A stretch of DNA of 64,000 nucleotides from Chrysomallon squamiferum. Lineage: Eukaryota; Animalia; Mollusca. Both the position numbers and the translations under genes were made by a program. The notes under the pieces are model-generated. The model had not been told where the DNA came from. It ran no database searches and saw nothing but the letters and a program-made list of their open reading frames with translations. Shown here piece after piece: positions 29,159 to 51,829 of the stretch. The stretch covers positions 8,370,001 to 8,434,000 of the forward strand of contig CM022675.1 of assembly GCA_012295275.1 (NCBI GenBank), written 5' to 3'. Within the stretch, counting starts at the first letter, position 1. Every line of letters begins with the position of its first letter.

Positions 29159-31994
29159 GAGATCCCTATCCTTGCAGTGATCCATGTCGACTCCAGCTTA
29201 GATCCATCCACCAAATTATACTTACATCCGTCCATCCATCTATTCGTCTTTCCGGCCTTCCATTCAATCACACAGTCCTTTCCATCATTTAATTTCGTTT
29301 AGAGCTTATATTAATATTTTAACAGTTTTTTTATATTTTTCTTTCATGCTTGTTGAGCAAACATAATTTTGCGAACAAAATTAAAAAGAAAATAAATTTA
29401 AAAAAAATTAAATAAAAAAAAAGACACAAAAAATTAATCTAGAAATTCGGAAACTTATCCTTCAAGTAATATTGTTAGTTCAAACAGGTGGGTTTTTTTT
29501 ACATATTCACCTGTCTGGAACCAATGTAACACTCATACATAAAGTTATGTTGATGTTAAATTATCACAAAAGAGCTCCCGAACTATCATCAGTCGGCAGG
29601 TTTTTCGTATAGATTTTATTTAATGGGAAATTATTTTTCGTGTATAATCGGAAACATTCGGTCATTGTCGTAGATATTCGTGCTCTTCCCGTACTCCCTC
29701 CACTGTTCGGCCGAGTTCACGTTTGTTAGTCGGATTATTTGACTTTAACCGAACCGAAACGAAAGGGGAAATTATTTTTTTTTTCTTTAGTACACTATGT
29801 TTCGTCTTTTCATCGCGTTTTAGTTCAAGTAGGCTTGTTTGCATTGTTACGATATTTTGTTTTATTTTTTTTTTTTTCACATTTTTGATCTTAAGGCATT
29901 AATGTGTGACGAACATTGTACGTTTCTTTAAGCTTTTTATCTAAAACGTAATATTTAAAGACAGACTTACAGTCTGCTAAATAGAACTTACACTAACTAA
30001 ACATTGTTTCTGATGCATAACGCAGGCTTCTGAATTGTGTGCCTGTGACAGATGTAATCAATTTGTCGTTATTTTGAAGACTTTTCTTTTTCTTTTCAAT
30101 GGGAGATTCTTTGATTAAGGGCACAAGGGCGAAGTACGATTTAACCCAGATTTGACAAAGATACAAAGAGAAAAAGAGGCTGGGAGCAAAACGTTTTATA
30201 GTCGAACGACGTTACACAATGATATAGCACAAAGCAGGCAACATGATACTTAAAGGATTCACTGCTTTCTCTGACTTTGCTTAGATGTTCTCCATTGTGT
30301 TGTCTTTATATATATAGATAGAAGCATACTAGTATATATATGTATATAGACAGAAGCATACTAATATATATATATATATATGTATACAGACAGAAGCTTA
30401 CTAGTATATATATATATGCATGCAGAAACAAGCATAGACAGTAGCATACTCATTAATTTTTAAATGATTTCTTATATGTTAGAGAGCTTAAATCACTGCA
30501 TCTAGTATGCATCTTATTGCAGGTTATGAATGACCTGAATTTTGCACACCAAACTTAAGAATGTTTTTTTGTTGTTGTTTTTTTATAAACGAATTCGCTG
30601 TTATTGCACCCACGCACGAACTGTCAAAAACCACGCTTCAGTTGGAATCAGTAATAACCGAATCTCCGAAGACGGGGAGAAAAATATATAAAGTCACTGT
30701 TTTCTCTCTTCTGCGTAATTTTCGTATTTGTATCAGAAGCAATGCGGGTTTTTTAGCTTGTTGAAAAGCATGTTATAACCGCGCCCTGTATTCAGAAGTA
30801 TTAATTAAAATCACAGTGAATGTATCCATGCGCGACGAAAATGCAGAATGAAATGAATAAAAAGAAAGCGCAGGCTCATTTAGAATTTAAACTACATTTC
30901 AGTTCGGTCTCGTGCATGTCTGCATCATTTCACATAAGATAGATTCGTTTAAGGTAAGTTAGTTTTAAATATTGTTAATACGCAATTAAAAGTTTATTAT
31001 TTGTGTAAACTATCGGATGTTTGTTATAGGAACCGTTTATTAATTAGTTTAGTAATTTATAATAAATACGGTGATTTCTAAAAGTTTAAATTTAATAAGA
31101 ATAATTAAGAACCAAAAAACCAAGAAGAACAAAGACATAAAAAAAGAGATGAAAGCAAAAAACGCACATTATATAAATATATAAAATAAAATAATTAATA
31201 AAGAAACGAAAGACAAAACGTTACAAAAGAAAAATAAATAAGTAAGCAAATAATTAAATAAATAAATAAATAAATAAATAGGTAAAAAAACCAACAAAAA
31301 ACCCAACAAAAAACCCCAAACAAACCTCCCCAAAACCACAGCTAAATTAAACTATCAGAAACTAAACGTTATAAATAAATAAATAAATAAGTAAAATAAT
31401 GTTACTAAACAGCATTGGCAGAAATATGCTTACAGCGGCGAAGACATTAAAACCAAAAATCGTACGCGTAAGTTGAAACAAACAAAAAAAATAAACCATT
31501 AAAATAACAAAAAACAAACAATTTATTAATAAAATTATCAGAAAATTAGTAAGTGAGTGAGCGAGTCAGTAAAAAATAAATAAGTATGCAAATACAGAAA
31601 TGAATAAAGAAAGAAAGAAATAAAAGTTGTTAAGCTGTTAAAAAAGCGATGAAAACAATCACAGATGGACAACACTTCACACTTTGATATACACATTACT
31701 TGTGTTTATCTTACCTGACAAGATATATGAGAAAACTACACCTGAAAGATGTAATAAGGTTTTAAAAAAAAAATTCTTACATTTCCAAGAAGTTACTTCA
31801 TTGTTTTTTGGGCGATCTGTTGTCTGTATTCTGGACAAAGTATGACATTAGTTTATAAATCTGGCCGAATTTAGTTACGAAACTGGTGTACAGATCTAAT
31901 ATCGATTTCTAGTTAGTCCGATGTCCGAAATGTCCGAAATCAGTGACGGACATTCCAGATTTCTGGCCATCTGGTCTCTAGATAATTATTTCTG

Positions 31995-32099
<105 letters not shown>

Positions 32100-32762
32100 C
32101 ATCAACATCATCATTATTATTTAAAATTAACCAAAGAATAATAGTAATGCGTGTTTCAGATGTTTATACAATCATTTTGCTCTTTTTTGTTTTGTTTTTA
32201 ATTATGAATTGTTCTTACGGACATCACCCGGTAAACTTCGATTATTCCAAACTGTCCATTCTATAGCATTAAAAACTGGTCAGAGAAAATAAACTTAAAC
32301 TTTATGCATAGATATGCAATATGAATAAAGCTTAGTGTATTTTTTCTCTATAATGAAAATGAAATATTTTTACCTGTATTATGCTATATCCTGTGCATGG
32401 AATATATAAAGATATCACGAATATAAAGGCTGGCGTTAAAGAGAGAGAGTATAAGCAGTATACAATTGAGATGTAATGTTTTAATGATGTAACTTGGCTC
32501 AGAGTACTCAGGATAAGCTCCAACGTCTGTTGAAATAAAAAAACAGCTATTTAGAAATCGTTTATATTATTTCGGGTTGCACTGTTATTCAGAATTAATC
32601 AATACATAACAGGTATGTGTTTTTAAGTTAAAATAAACAAATTGTCCATTAAAGGTTAGTGAAAATGTTTAATTATAAAAAACATTAAACGTTTTTATCG
32701 GTGTTTTTGTTGCATGTATTAGATGTGAGGCATTTGCAGCTACCATTCAGTAAAACGGAATA

Positions 32763-33286
32763 CAGCGGTACCTCGAGTTACGAGTGCTACAACTTACGAA
32801 TATTTCGAGTTACGAGCAGACGCCCCGGTTCGAATTTTTGTTTTGAGATGCGAGCCAAAATTCGAGTTACGAACGGGCTTTAGATACACCGCCGATAGTT
32901 GGCGCAACGAACAACACAACATCTGCCAGCATCCCGCGTCTCACTCGTTTGCTTCACGTGGTTACCTCACCGAGGAAGTATCTCTGTTGGGATCGCGTTT
33001 TGTGCAGTATTTTGCTAAATTTCCATTGATCGTAAGAAAGTGAGTGGAAAGGACAGTGCTGAGGAGAAGAAGCGGATGATGTCTATTGAATTAAAGAATG
33101 AAATCGTAGAAAAACAGGTGTGCGTGTAGACAACATGGCTAGGCAGTACGAGCGTAGTACTTCTACGATATGTACCATACTGAAGCAGAAATAGTCGACA
33201 AAGGCTTTAACTCCAGCCTAAGGCGTTGAAATAATTTCTACGCTGTGGACCTCTGTCCATGAAAAGTTTGAGAAACCCTGACCCTG
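32763..33286 (+). mobile_element. Tigger/pogo (Tc1-mariner) remnant: left TIR plus degenerate CENP-B-type HTH transposase N-terminus
   Basis: TA|CAGCGGTACCTCGAGTTACGAG terminus with internal cgagttacga repeats. Decayed coding RKKVSGKDSAEEKKRMMSIELKNEIVEK..ARQYERSTSTICTILKQK. Ends CTG|TA. Confidence 0.85.
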
Positions 33287-33550
33287 TACACTTTACAAAA
33301 CCAATTCATTTCTTCACATTCTCTTTTATTTTGTTTTTTTTTTACAATATTTGTCATTTATACAAACATTTTGTTATTTAAAAACACGTTGCAAAAAAAA
33401 TATATATGTGTGTGTGTGTGTGTCTGTGTCTTTGTCTATATATATTTGTATGTGTGTGTGTGAGTATATATATATATATATAAATAATAATAAAAAAGAA
33501 TAATAACAATAATAATAATAATAATGACCATAGCGATAGCAATAATAATA

Positions 33551-33639
<89 letters not shown>

Positions 33640-33758
33640 AATGTATTATCCATGCTATCAACTAATTCCAAAATATCATCTTCTTGATGATGATTAATGA
33701 TCATTTGATGTTTTGGTCATCGTCAAAAATGACCACAAAATGACCATACAAAAGTAAA

Positions 33759-34087
33759 AATTAATTCAAACATATCTCAATTACTTGTACGGTATTAAAA
33801 ATTAATTCAAATATATTCCAATTACTTGTACGGTATTAAAAATTAATTCAAATATATTCTAATTACTTATACAGTATTATAAATTAATTCAAATAAATAC
33901 CAATTACTTATACAACATTAAAAATTAATTCAAATATAACCCAATTACTTATACAATATTAAAAATTAATTCAAATATATACCACTTACTTATACAACAT
34001 TAAAAATTAATTCAAATATATACCAATTACTTATATGACATTAAAAATTCATTCAAATATAACCCAACTACTTATACAATATTAAAA
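33759..34087. repeat. 41-bp AT-rich minisatellite, about 8 units (inverted copies at about 19562-19773 and 21962-22260)
   Basis: Unit aattaattcaaatatattccaattacttgtacggtattaaa. Confidence 0.85.
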
Positions 34088-35043
34088 AATATGTAAATGA
34101 TCACACGGAGATGCAAGCATTTTATGCCTGAACTACATCCATTTAAATATGAGCTGGGTGTAACTGTTTCTTCAGAAATTTGTTTTTCTCTCGTGCCGAG
34201 TTTTCATTAGAAGTCGACGGGTGTCTCTCCCTGCCAAACTGTGACCGCCTCAGTTCCCTGCTTGACAGGGAGCCACGCCTTTATGTGTGAATGGCGCGCA
34301 TGAATATTTAATGATCCGTATTGTTATCAGATGCAGCATTTGACAAAAACAGAAATATTTTTTATTACCTCTTAATTGTGTTCTTGTGGCAGGATAATCA
34401 ACTTGTCGTTATTTTGAAGACTTTTCTTTTTCTTTTCAATGGGAGATTCTTTGATTAAGGGTAAAAGGGTGGAGTACGATTATACCCAAATTTGACAAAG
34501 ATACAAAAAGAAAAAGAGGCTGGGAGCAAATTTCTATCAAAACGTTTTATTGTCGAACGACGTTACACAATGATATAGCACAAAGCAACGTGCAACTTAA
34601 AGGATTCACTGCTTTCTCTGACTTTCCTTCAATATTCCCCATTGTGTTCTTAGAGAGCTTAAAATACTGCGTCTAGCACGCATTTTATACAGGTTATTAA
34701 TGAACTGAATTTAGCACACCAAACTAAAGAATGTTTTTTTTTTTTTTTTTTTTTTAACGAATTCGCTGTTATTGCACACACGCACGCACAGACAATAGCC
34801 ACGCTTCAGCTGGAATCAGTAATAACCGAATATCCGAAGGTGGGGACAAAATTTAAAAAAAAATCACTGTTTTCTCTCTTCTGCGTGTTCTTTTTTTCTG
34901 GCTTGTTGAAAAGCATATTATAACCGAGCCCTGCATTCAGAAGTATTAAATAAAATCCCAGTGAATGTATCCATGCGCGACGAAAATGCAGAATGAAATG
35001 AATAAAAAGAAAGCGCAGGCTGCTTTAAAATTTAAATTTCATT

Positions 35044-35104
35044 TCAGTTCGGTCTCGTGCGTGTCTGCATGATTTCACATAAGATAGATTCGTTTAAGGT
35101 AAGT
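35044..35104 (+). promoter_or_regulatory. Candidate non-coding 5' exon of copy B (TCAGTT initiator-like or acceptor ... AAG|GTAAGT donor)
   Basis: The signal exons of both paralogues are preceded by tttttag acceptors, so an upstream exon is expected. This segment has a consensus donor in the right orientation; homologues lie at 30903-30953 (+), 20905-20960 (-), 23415-23469 (-) and 1716-1770 (-). Confidence 0.45.
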
Positions 35105-36354
35105 TAGTTTTAAATATTGTTAATACGCAATTAAAAGTTTATTATTTGTGTAAACTATCGGATGTTTGTTATAGGAACCGTTTATTAATTAGTTTAGTAA
35201 TTTATAATAAATACGGTAATTTTTAAAAGTTTAAACGTAATAGGAATAATTAAGAACCAAGAAAAAAAACAACAAGAACAAAGACATAAAAAAGAGAGAT
35301 GAAAGCAAAAAACGCACATTATATAGATATATAAATTAAATTAATTAATGAAGAAAGAAAAGACAAAACGAAACAAAATAAAAATAAATAAGTAAGCAAA
35401 TAATTAAATAAATAAATAAATAAATAGGAAAAAATCCCAACAAAAAACCCAACAAAAAACCCCCAAACAAACCCACCCAAAACCACAGCTAAATTAAACT
35501 AAACTAAACTTCATAAATAAATTAATAAATAAGTAAAATAATGTTACTAAACAGCATTGGCAGAAATATGCTTACAGCGGCGAAGACATTAAAACCAAAA
35601 ATCGTACGCGTAAGTTGAAACAACAACAAAAAAAATAAACCATTAAAATAACAAAAAACAAACAATTTATTAATAAAATTATCAGAAAATTAGTAAGTGA
35701 GTGAGCGAGTCAGTAAAAAATAAATAAGTAAGCAAATACAGAAATGAATAAAGAAAGAAAGAAATAAAAGTTGTTAAGCTGTTAAAAAAGCAATGAAAAC
35801 AATCACAGATGCACAACACTTCACACTTTGATATACACATTACTTGTGTTTATCTTACCTGACAAGATATATGAGAAAACTACACCTGAAAGATGTACTA
35901 AGGTTTTAAAAAAAAAATTCTTACACTTCCAAGACGTTATTTCATTGTTTTTGGGGCGATCTGTTGTCTGTATTCTGGACAAAGTATGACATTAGTTTAT
36001 AAATCAGGCCGAATTTCGGTACGAAATTAAACAGATCCAATGTCCATTTGCATTTTGTCCGATGTCCGAAGTGTCCAAAATCGGTGATGGACATTTCAAA
36101 TTTGTGGCCTTGTTGTCTCTTTCGATTTTTTTCCAGTTATAGCACAGATCGGTAAAAAGTCTATAACTCTCGACCTAACTTAGCTGGGAATATTCAGTTT
36201 GGCTTATTTTGTTCTGTTTGATTCTGATGTATAGTATTTGGTATTTAGTTATTTACAGAATCTGTTGTATTATTAAGTATTTACAGAATCTGTTGTATTA
36301 TTATGTAACTTTTAGAAATTATTATTATTACTATAATATATTACTATATTACTA

Positions 36355-45219
<8,865 letters not shown>

Positions 45220-45221
45220 GT

Positions 45222-45445
45222 TTACTCAACGTGGTGCGGCAAAGGTGGTATAGGTGGGTTAAACCTGGAGCAATAAATAAATAAATAAATAAATACTACT
45301 ATTAAATAATAATAATGATGGCCATGATGATAATAATAATGGTGGTAAAGATGATGATAAAATAGTAGTAATCATTACGATTTCAATAATAATAATAATA
45401 AATTAATAATAATAACAACAGTAGTTGTAGTAATAGGTGTAGTAA

Positions 45446-45477
<32 letters not shown>

Positions 45478-46591
45478 ATGATAATAATAATAATAATACT
45501 GCTGGTGCTACTACAACTAGTACTACTACTACTATTACTGATAATAGTAGTAATAATAATAATAATAGCAACAACAACAACAACAACAACACTTCTATAT
45601 TGATTTCAATGTAAATCCATTAAAAATGTAAAAACAGTTTATCAAATAATTTTGCTTGGCGTATAAAACACGCACAAAAAAACCATCATTGACTTTCCTC
45701 TGACGAATCCTAAAACTCTTCCTTGCATTTTTATATCGTGTTTTGTAAAATGCACATCAGCTGAATTTAACTTACGGTCTTTCGCAGATGAAGAAGTCGT
45801 GGTCGCTGCATTGGTCGTCGTTCCAGTGTAGTCCGTACCGCTCACGTCCGGCGTACTGCTCACGTCCGGCGTACGAGCTGTCCGGTTGCCCTGGCGACCA
45901 GTCCGTGTACGTCACTTTTGAATTGTCGTCTGCTGACCAGCGCCATGTTTTATCTGAAAACGAGTCAGTGGCGCCGAGCCACAAGTCGTAGTCTGTAAAT
46001 AGAAGAAAAGAAACGTCTACATCATCAACATCAACAACAACAACAACAGCAACAACAGATACAGTCGCACTATAGTGACTGCAGGAACAGTTAAAGAAAC
46101 AACCCTCCCAAAACACCCCTCAGCAAACAAACAAAACAAACAACAACAAAACCAACCAATATATAACAATCCTAATTTAAATAAATAAAAGTAAAAACAA
46201 AATAAAATTTGTAATTATGGTAATCTGAGACTAACAGTACTAGCAGTACTAGTACTTTCTATCTGGACTACGCAAATTACTTAAAATTACAGGACTTGGT
46301 AAAGTGCTCGACTGGTATACTATGACGTCACGACTCCAGCTGTAAAAAAAAAAAAAAAAAAAAATGGCGTCGTTAAGCTGTTCTGTAACAGTTTTATTTC
46401 AATGTCGTATACACCAAAACAGTAAAATATGATAACTTAGACGGATAAACAATAATATTAAACAGTTATAGTTTTATCACTATAGGATAACTTTAAGATA
46501 TGATGAAGAAGGAACATCTAAACTTACCTTGATGATGATTAAGGTAGCCGACGAGAAAAGAATTTTCTTCTGCAGAATTCACACTGGCCAG
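45222..46591 (-). pseudogene. Perlucin-like C-type lectin gene, 3' exons only, apparently disrupted
   Basis: 46591-46528 LASVNSAEENSFLVGYLNHHQ then GTAAG; 45992-45776 DYDLWLGATDSFSDKTWRW..YTDWSPGQPDSSYAGREQYAGRERYGLHWNDDQCSDHDFFICER; 45264-45222 PFNPPIPPLPHHVE*. Phases match and the QPD and WND motifs are present. The 5' part of the first of these exons is replaced by Tigger sequence and the third canonical Cys is absent. Confidence 0.75.
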
Positions 46592-47073
46592 ACGCCCGGT
46601 TCGAAATTTTACTTTGAGTTGCGAGCCAAAATCCGAGTTGCGATCCAAAATCCGAGTTACGAGCGAGCTTTAGATACGCCGCCACCAGTTGGCGCAACGA
46701 ACAACACAACATCCGCCAGCATCCCGCGTCTCACTCGTTGGCTTCACGTGGTTACCTCGCCGTGGAAGCATCTCTGTTGTGCTCGCGTTTTGTGCAATAT
46801 TTTTCCAACGATCCATGGATCCTAGGAAAGTGAGTACAAAGGACAGTGCTGAGAAGAAGAAGAAGCGGATGATGTCCATTGAATTAAAGCATGAAACCAT
46901 AGAAAAACATAAGCCAGGGGTACTTGTAATGAACGTGCCTAGGCAGTACGAGCGTAGTAGTTTTATTATATGTACCATATTGATGCAGAATTAGTCGACA
47001 AAGGCTTTAACTCCAGCCAAAGGCGTTAAAATAATTTCTAAGCTGCGGACCTCTGTCCATGAAAAGATAGAGA
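46589..47073 (+). mobile_element. 5'-truncated Tigger/pogo remnant abutting a C-type lectin exon
   Basis: The ORF track gives MDPRKVSTKDSAEKKKKRMMSIELKHETIEKHKPGVLVMNVPRQYERSSFIICTILMQN (TIGD/CENP-B N-terminal HTH-like). The left TIR is missing. Confidence 0.85.
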
Positions 47074-47170
47074 ACAAAAAGCACTTATACAAGAAATTAA
47101 TTCAGAAATATTTCACTTACTTAGACAGTATCACCATTTTCTCTTTGTCTGCAGATTTCTCTCTCTCTCT

Positions 47171-47281
<111 letters not shown>

Positions 47282-48836
47282 AGAGATACAAAGAAGAAAA
47301 AATTATTAAAAAAAACCAAAACAAGATAATGTTCGTCTGATTTATTTGGATTTTCATCTTTCATTCAATATATACAAATAAACATGTTATGAAAACAAAA
47401 ACAAACATAAAGAAAAAACAAGGGAGGAAATATGAAAGAGCAAAAAATTCCTAAACGTGAAATAAAGAAAAGAAAAGATATGGATAACGTAGATAATAAA
47501 ACACTGAAATAGTTCAAGCCAGTGGCATAAAAATGGACGGATGTAAAGTTCAAATCAAAATGTAACCAAGAAACGAACCTCAAAAGAGGATATTAAAAAG
47601 AAAGTCTCGCTAAATATCGCGAGATTATAAAGTGGTAAAAATGATGACAACAAATAAATTTATGTCAACACTTTTTTTTTAAAAACGAAATCTCGATAAG
47701 GGAGGTAACTCGTAAGTAACGTGAATTATTAAACATATGACTAGTTCGAATAATAATTTTCATTTATTTAGTTAAATGCATACATACTGACTTAATTTAT
47801 TATTTAATTGTCTCTTGATTTTTATAATTCCTTTTTGATTGTTTAATTGTACGTGATTATGTATATTATTATTATTATTATTATTATTATTGCTACTACT
47901 ACTACTGCTGCTGTTATTGTTATTCACTTGTTTGTTTATATGTACAGTTACCAATTTTTGTCCCGTTATTATTATTATTGATTCATTTATTTTCAAAGTA
48001 AAATAAATTAATTAAACATCAGTTTACAAAACTCTTTGTATTTAACAAAAATAAATCCCTGAAATAGTATGAAATTAAACAAATTATTTCATCGTTCACA
48101 CAAAATGAATTCACTGAAATACATTATGATGTCAAATATGTGTATGAGGTATGTACACGTTTGCGAAATTTACAAATATTATATATATATATATACATGC
48201 GCACACGTACACAAACACATGCGCACGCACAAACACACACATACACACAGTTTGTGACATAAGAAACGTAATAAAGAAAAAGGAAGATATGGAAAAACGA
48301 TAACTTTCAACATGTACAAATAATATCCTGAATATATTTTGATATTTAATAATGACAAAAAAATTATTTATATTATCTTAAATTATTAGTTAAATACTTT
48401 TCTAAACAGTCTGTCCTTTGATCTTTTTTACAAATGTTACGAAAATGCTCTTGTTTTTTTTGTTGTTGTTGTTATATTTTTATTTTATTTATTTTTCTTT
48501 TTCCTTTTATTTAATTTTTTTTTTTTTTTTTTTTTTTGTGCAATTTTTTAATCATAATAAATCAAAAATAAATTTAAAAAAAAAACAAAATCAACATAAT
48601 ATATACATTAGCATCATAAACCGAATAAGGTATGACAGGCAACACAACAAATGAGACAGAGATTTCAAATACAAATATGTACATTATTAATCAGTTCAAT
48701 TCAAATCAAATAAACAAAAATATAACGAAATGTTTTTTTTTTTTTTTTTAAAAGGAATGAACAGATGATGAATAAACAATTAATTTCAAATTATGATATG
48801 GAAATTTTATGTGCATGTACATTTCTATCCAGGCCT

Positions 48837-48904
48837 TTCGTAAATCCTCGGTTCATTTCGTAAATCCTCGGTTCATTTCGTAAATCTTCGGTTCATTTCG
48901 TAAA
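48837..48904. repeat. 20-bp tandem repeat, about 3.4 units
   Basis: tttcgtaaatcctcggttca x3 plus a partial unit. Confidence 0.85.
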
Positions 48905-50120
48905 ATCCGAAGAGGTAACTCGAATCTCTTTCATAGATATATTCAGCTTTAAGTTATTTACGTCAACTTTATAGTACGTTTTTTAATTCTTAATAATAAT
49001 TTAATTACCGAATCCTGCTACTACTATTTCCATACATTCTGTCACTGATACTACATTTACTGCTACACATACTACTGCTACTACAACAACATCTACTACT
49101 ACTACTACTACTACTACTTCAACACATTCTGCCATTAATACTACAACAGTACCAGAACCAAACCGCAACTAATAACTAATATTATTGTATCATCATCATC
49201 ATCACCATCATTATCATTATTTATTGTATTTGCTGAACAAATTATACCTTGCAATTAAATTATTTTCAATATTCATGACATTTTTCTCTTTTTGTTTTTC
49301 TTTGTTTTTCTTTTCTTTTTTTTTTTTGTTATTTTTTTTTTATGAGTTGACATTCCACTTCGCCATAAAATTCGTTTAACATTCAAGTTTGCATAGTAAC
49401 ACGTAATGGACATCTGATAACATAATCGTCTTGCATCTTATTGCAATACATATTCAGTAATTAAATAATAATAATAATAACAACATGTGTTTATCCAGAT
49501 TTAAATATCACTTTTATCCATCGCTGAATATCGTTTAAAAACAGCCAGACTACAACACTTCACTGAACGTTGCACTTTCCAAGTGCACTTCCAAGAGATT
49601 ATTCTCCACTCCATGATATAAAAAAAAAAAAAAAAAAAAAAAAAACGTCTTGCTTCGCGCATGCTCATTTAGCCATCTGTTTACGCTTCCGGATGGTGGA
49701 AGGCAAATGGCGGACTCCCTTCGCTCGGTGACCGCCTGTCGTTTTCCTGTTTAATCCGATCTTCTGTTTTTGTTTGTAAACCTGGGTTGTTGATTACTGC
49801 TTCTGCTGAAAAATATAAAAAATATATGTATATAAAATGTTGATAATTAAACGTTAGTGTGTGGGTGTGGGTGTGGATGTGTGTGTGTGTGTGTGTGTGT
49901 TCGATAGCAGAAAGAAGAGCAATAAATAGTTATGGGGATCTGCGAATTTTGGAATAACGATTTTCCAGCACTGATAAGAAAGAGTGATGATAATTTTATA
50001 CTATTCTTGCCTGATGGTCGAAAGATTGTTAATCTTTTTCTTCCGATCGCTTACATTGATTTCTGTCGCAAAATAAATCGACTTGTTCAGTTCAGAAAAA
50101 AAAAAAAAAAATTCTCGGAC

Positions 50121-50193
<73 letters not shown>

Positions 50194-50361
50194 GTTACTT
50201 TCAGTATCTGTTATGTGTGTCTGTCTCTGTTATTTTCCCGTTTCAGTCATTCTCTTTGTTTTTCAGATGCATCTATTTCTCTATGCCTGTCTAACATTCT
50301 TTACACTTCTACCTGTCTCTCAACTTCTATCTCCTAGTCTAAATCTGATTGTTGATATACA

Positions 50362-50437
<76 letters not shown>

Positions 50438-51797
50438 CCTCCCTCCCTCCCTGACTCGTTCTATATCTCATTCGTTTACTTTTTTCTCTTATTCATTCAC
50501 TCATTTTCTCTCTCCAATATGTCTGTCTACTATGTTCGACCATGTAAAATAGAACTGACCTAACTCAATGATAACAGAGTTGGCCTGAGACTTAATTGTA
50601 TTTGAGATCAATACACATTGCTTTACCATTTTACTTATTAACCATTCCGACAAGTACTCCATCACATTTTATTAAAGTCAAGAAATGAGATTTCCTGTTT
50701 ATGAGGTGGTCTGTATAAAAAACTCCTTACTGCTAGAGCAGGTTTCTACTTTCTTATCATTATCACACCAACAACATTTTTTAAATCTAAAAACCATTAA
50801 TAATCTGGCGAAGTGTTGTTAAACTTTCACACTTTCCTTAATGCCCATAATTATTTATTACTAATCTAAAAAGTTAATTTGTGTAGTAATAAATATTTAA
50901 TGATATTACTATGGAAGAAAAGTACTGTTACGATATATAATTACTTGTATTTAATTCTCCTTTTTTTTTTTCTTTTTTTTTAAATTCTGAATCACATAAT
51001 TTAATTATTTCTGTTCATTAAATAAATTAAAATTAAGATGAGAAAAGAAAAACAAAAAAATAAAAATCTATTGAATGCTCAAATGCCTATGTCTGACACA
51101 ATTAACGGGGAAATCGGAAAAAGGGTCGTTATTTAATTGAAAGGAAGGCATGCTAAAAAATGTGTTAAGTTAAATTGATACGTATGAAGGTGCCTATACT
51201 AGAACATCACAACAAAGACATGCATGGGTAGGTATAAACGTTTATTTGGAATGTTTCATCACTCAGTTCATTTACAACTCACAGACAAACTGTTGTTATA
51301 TAAAACAGTAGTAACGAGGGTTAAATACAATTTTCCATGTGAGATGACAGGTAAATTAAATACAAAACATACAAAATCAGAATATATCATATAGGAGCAT
51401 TCCATCTTTATATATATATACATACATATATATATATGTATGTATGTATGTATGTATAGGTATAATATATGTATATATATATATACCTATACATACATAT
51501 ATATCTACATATACATACATACATACACGTTCTTTATATAAATACATGCATACATTCACATGTATGTCTACATGTGAAGATATTATGACTGAAGCACTAT
51601 AGAAACCAAATTAAACTTGAAAAGCTGTGGAAGGTACTGCTCTGCATGTACAAAACCTCAGTCGTATATGTGTATATTTAGACGGGAAGAAAACATTGTC
51701 GGAAATGTTGTGGGTTTGTTTTCTAGTTTCATCGTGCTGACAACCATCTTGAAGAAAAATGACGAAACGATGCTGCTGCTGCTGAAGATGACCATCA

Positions 51798-51829
51798 TGA
51801 CGTCAGCAGTGACGTCAGTGATGACGTAA
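51798..51829. promoter_or_regulatory. Triple CRE-like motif cluster
   Basis: TGACGTCA at 51798 and 51810, TGACGTAA at 51822; 12-bp period. Confidence 0.35.

Larger units (their letters stand above)
32700..35190 (+). repeat. Inverted copy of about 20810-23300 (inner arm); about 34395-36120 is also directly repeated at about 30060-31980
   Basis: 32701 gtgtttttgttgcatgtattagatgtgaggcatttgc is the reverse complement of about 23260-23300; 35150-35190 is the reverse complement of 20810-20850. Confidence 0.85.

Noticed and set aside
32374-32526. Possible minus-strand exon (TLELILSTLSQ...YSIIQ)
   Set aside because: Splice-like ends but AT-rich, no recognisable domain and no compatible neighbouring exon.
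33759-34087. 41-bp array as CRISPR
   Set aside because: Contiguous tandem units without spacers; an ordinary minisatellite.
46689-46994. 101-aa ORF as a domesticated TIGD/CENP-B gene
   Set aside because: Only the N-terminal HTH is present, followed by a stop; the other three copies are frameshifted and there is no DDE domain.
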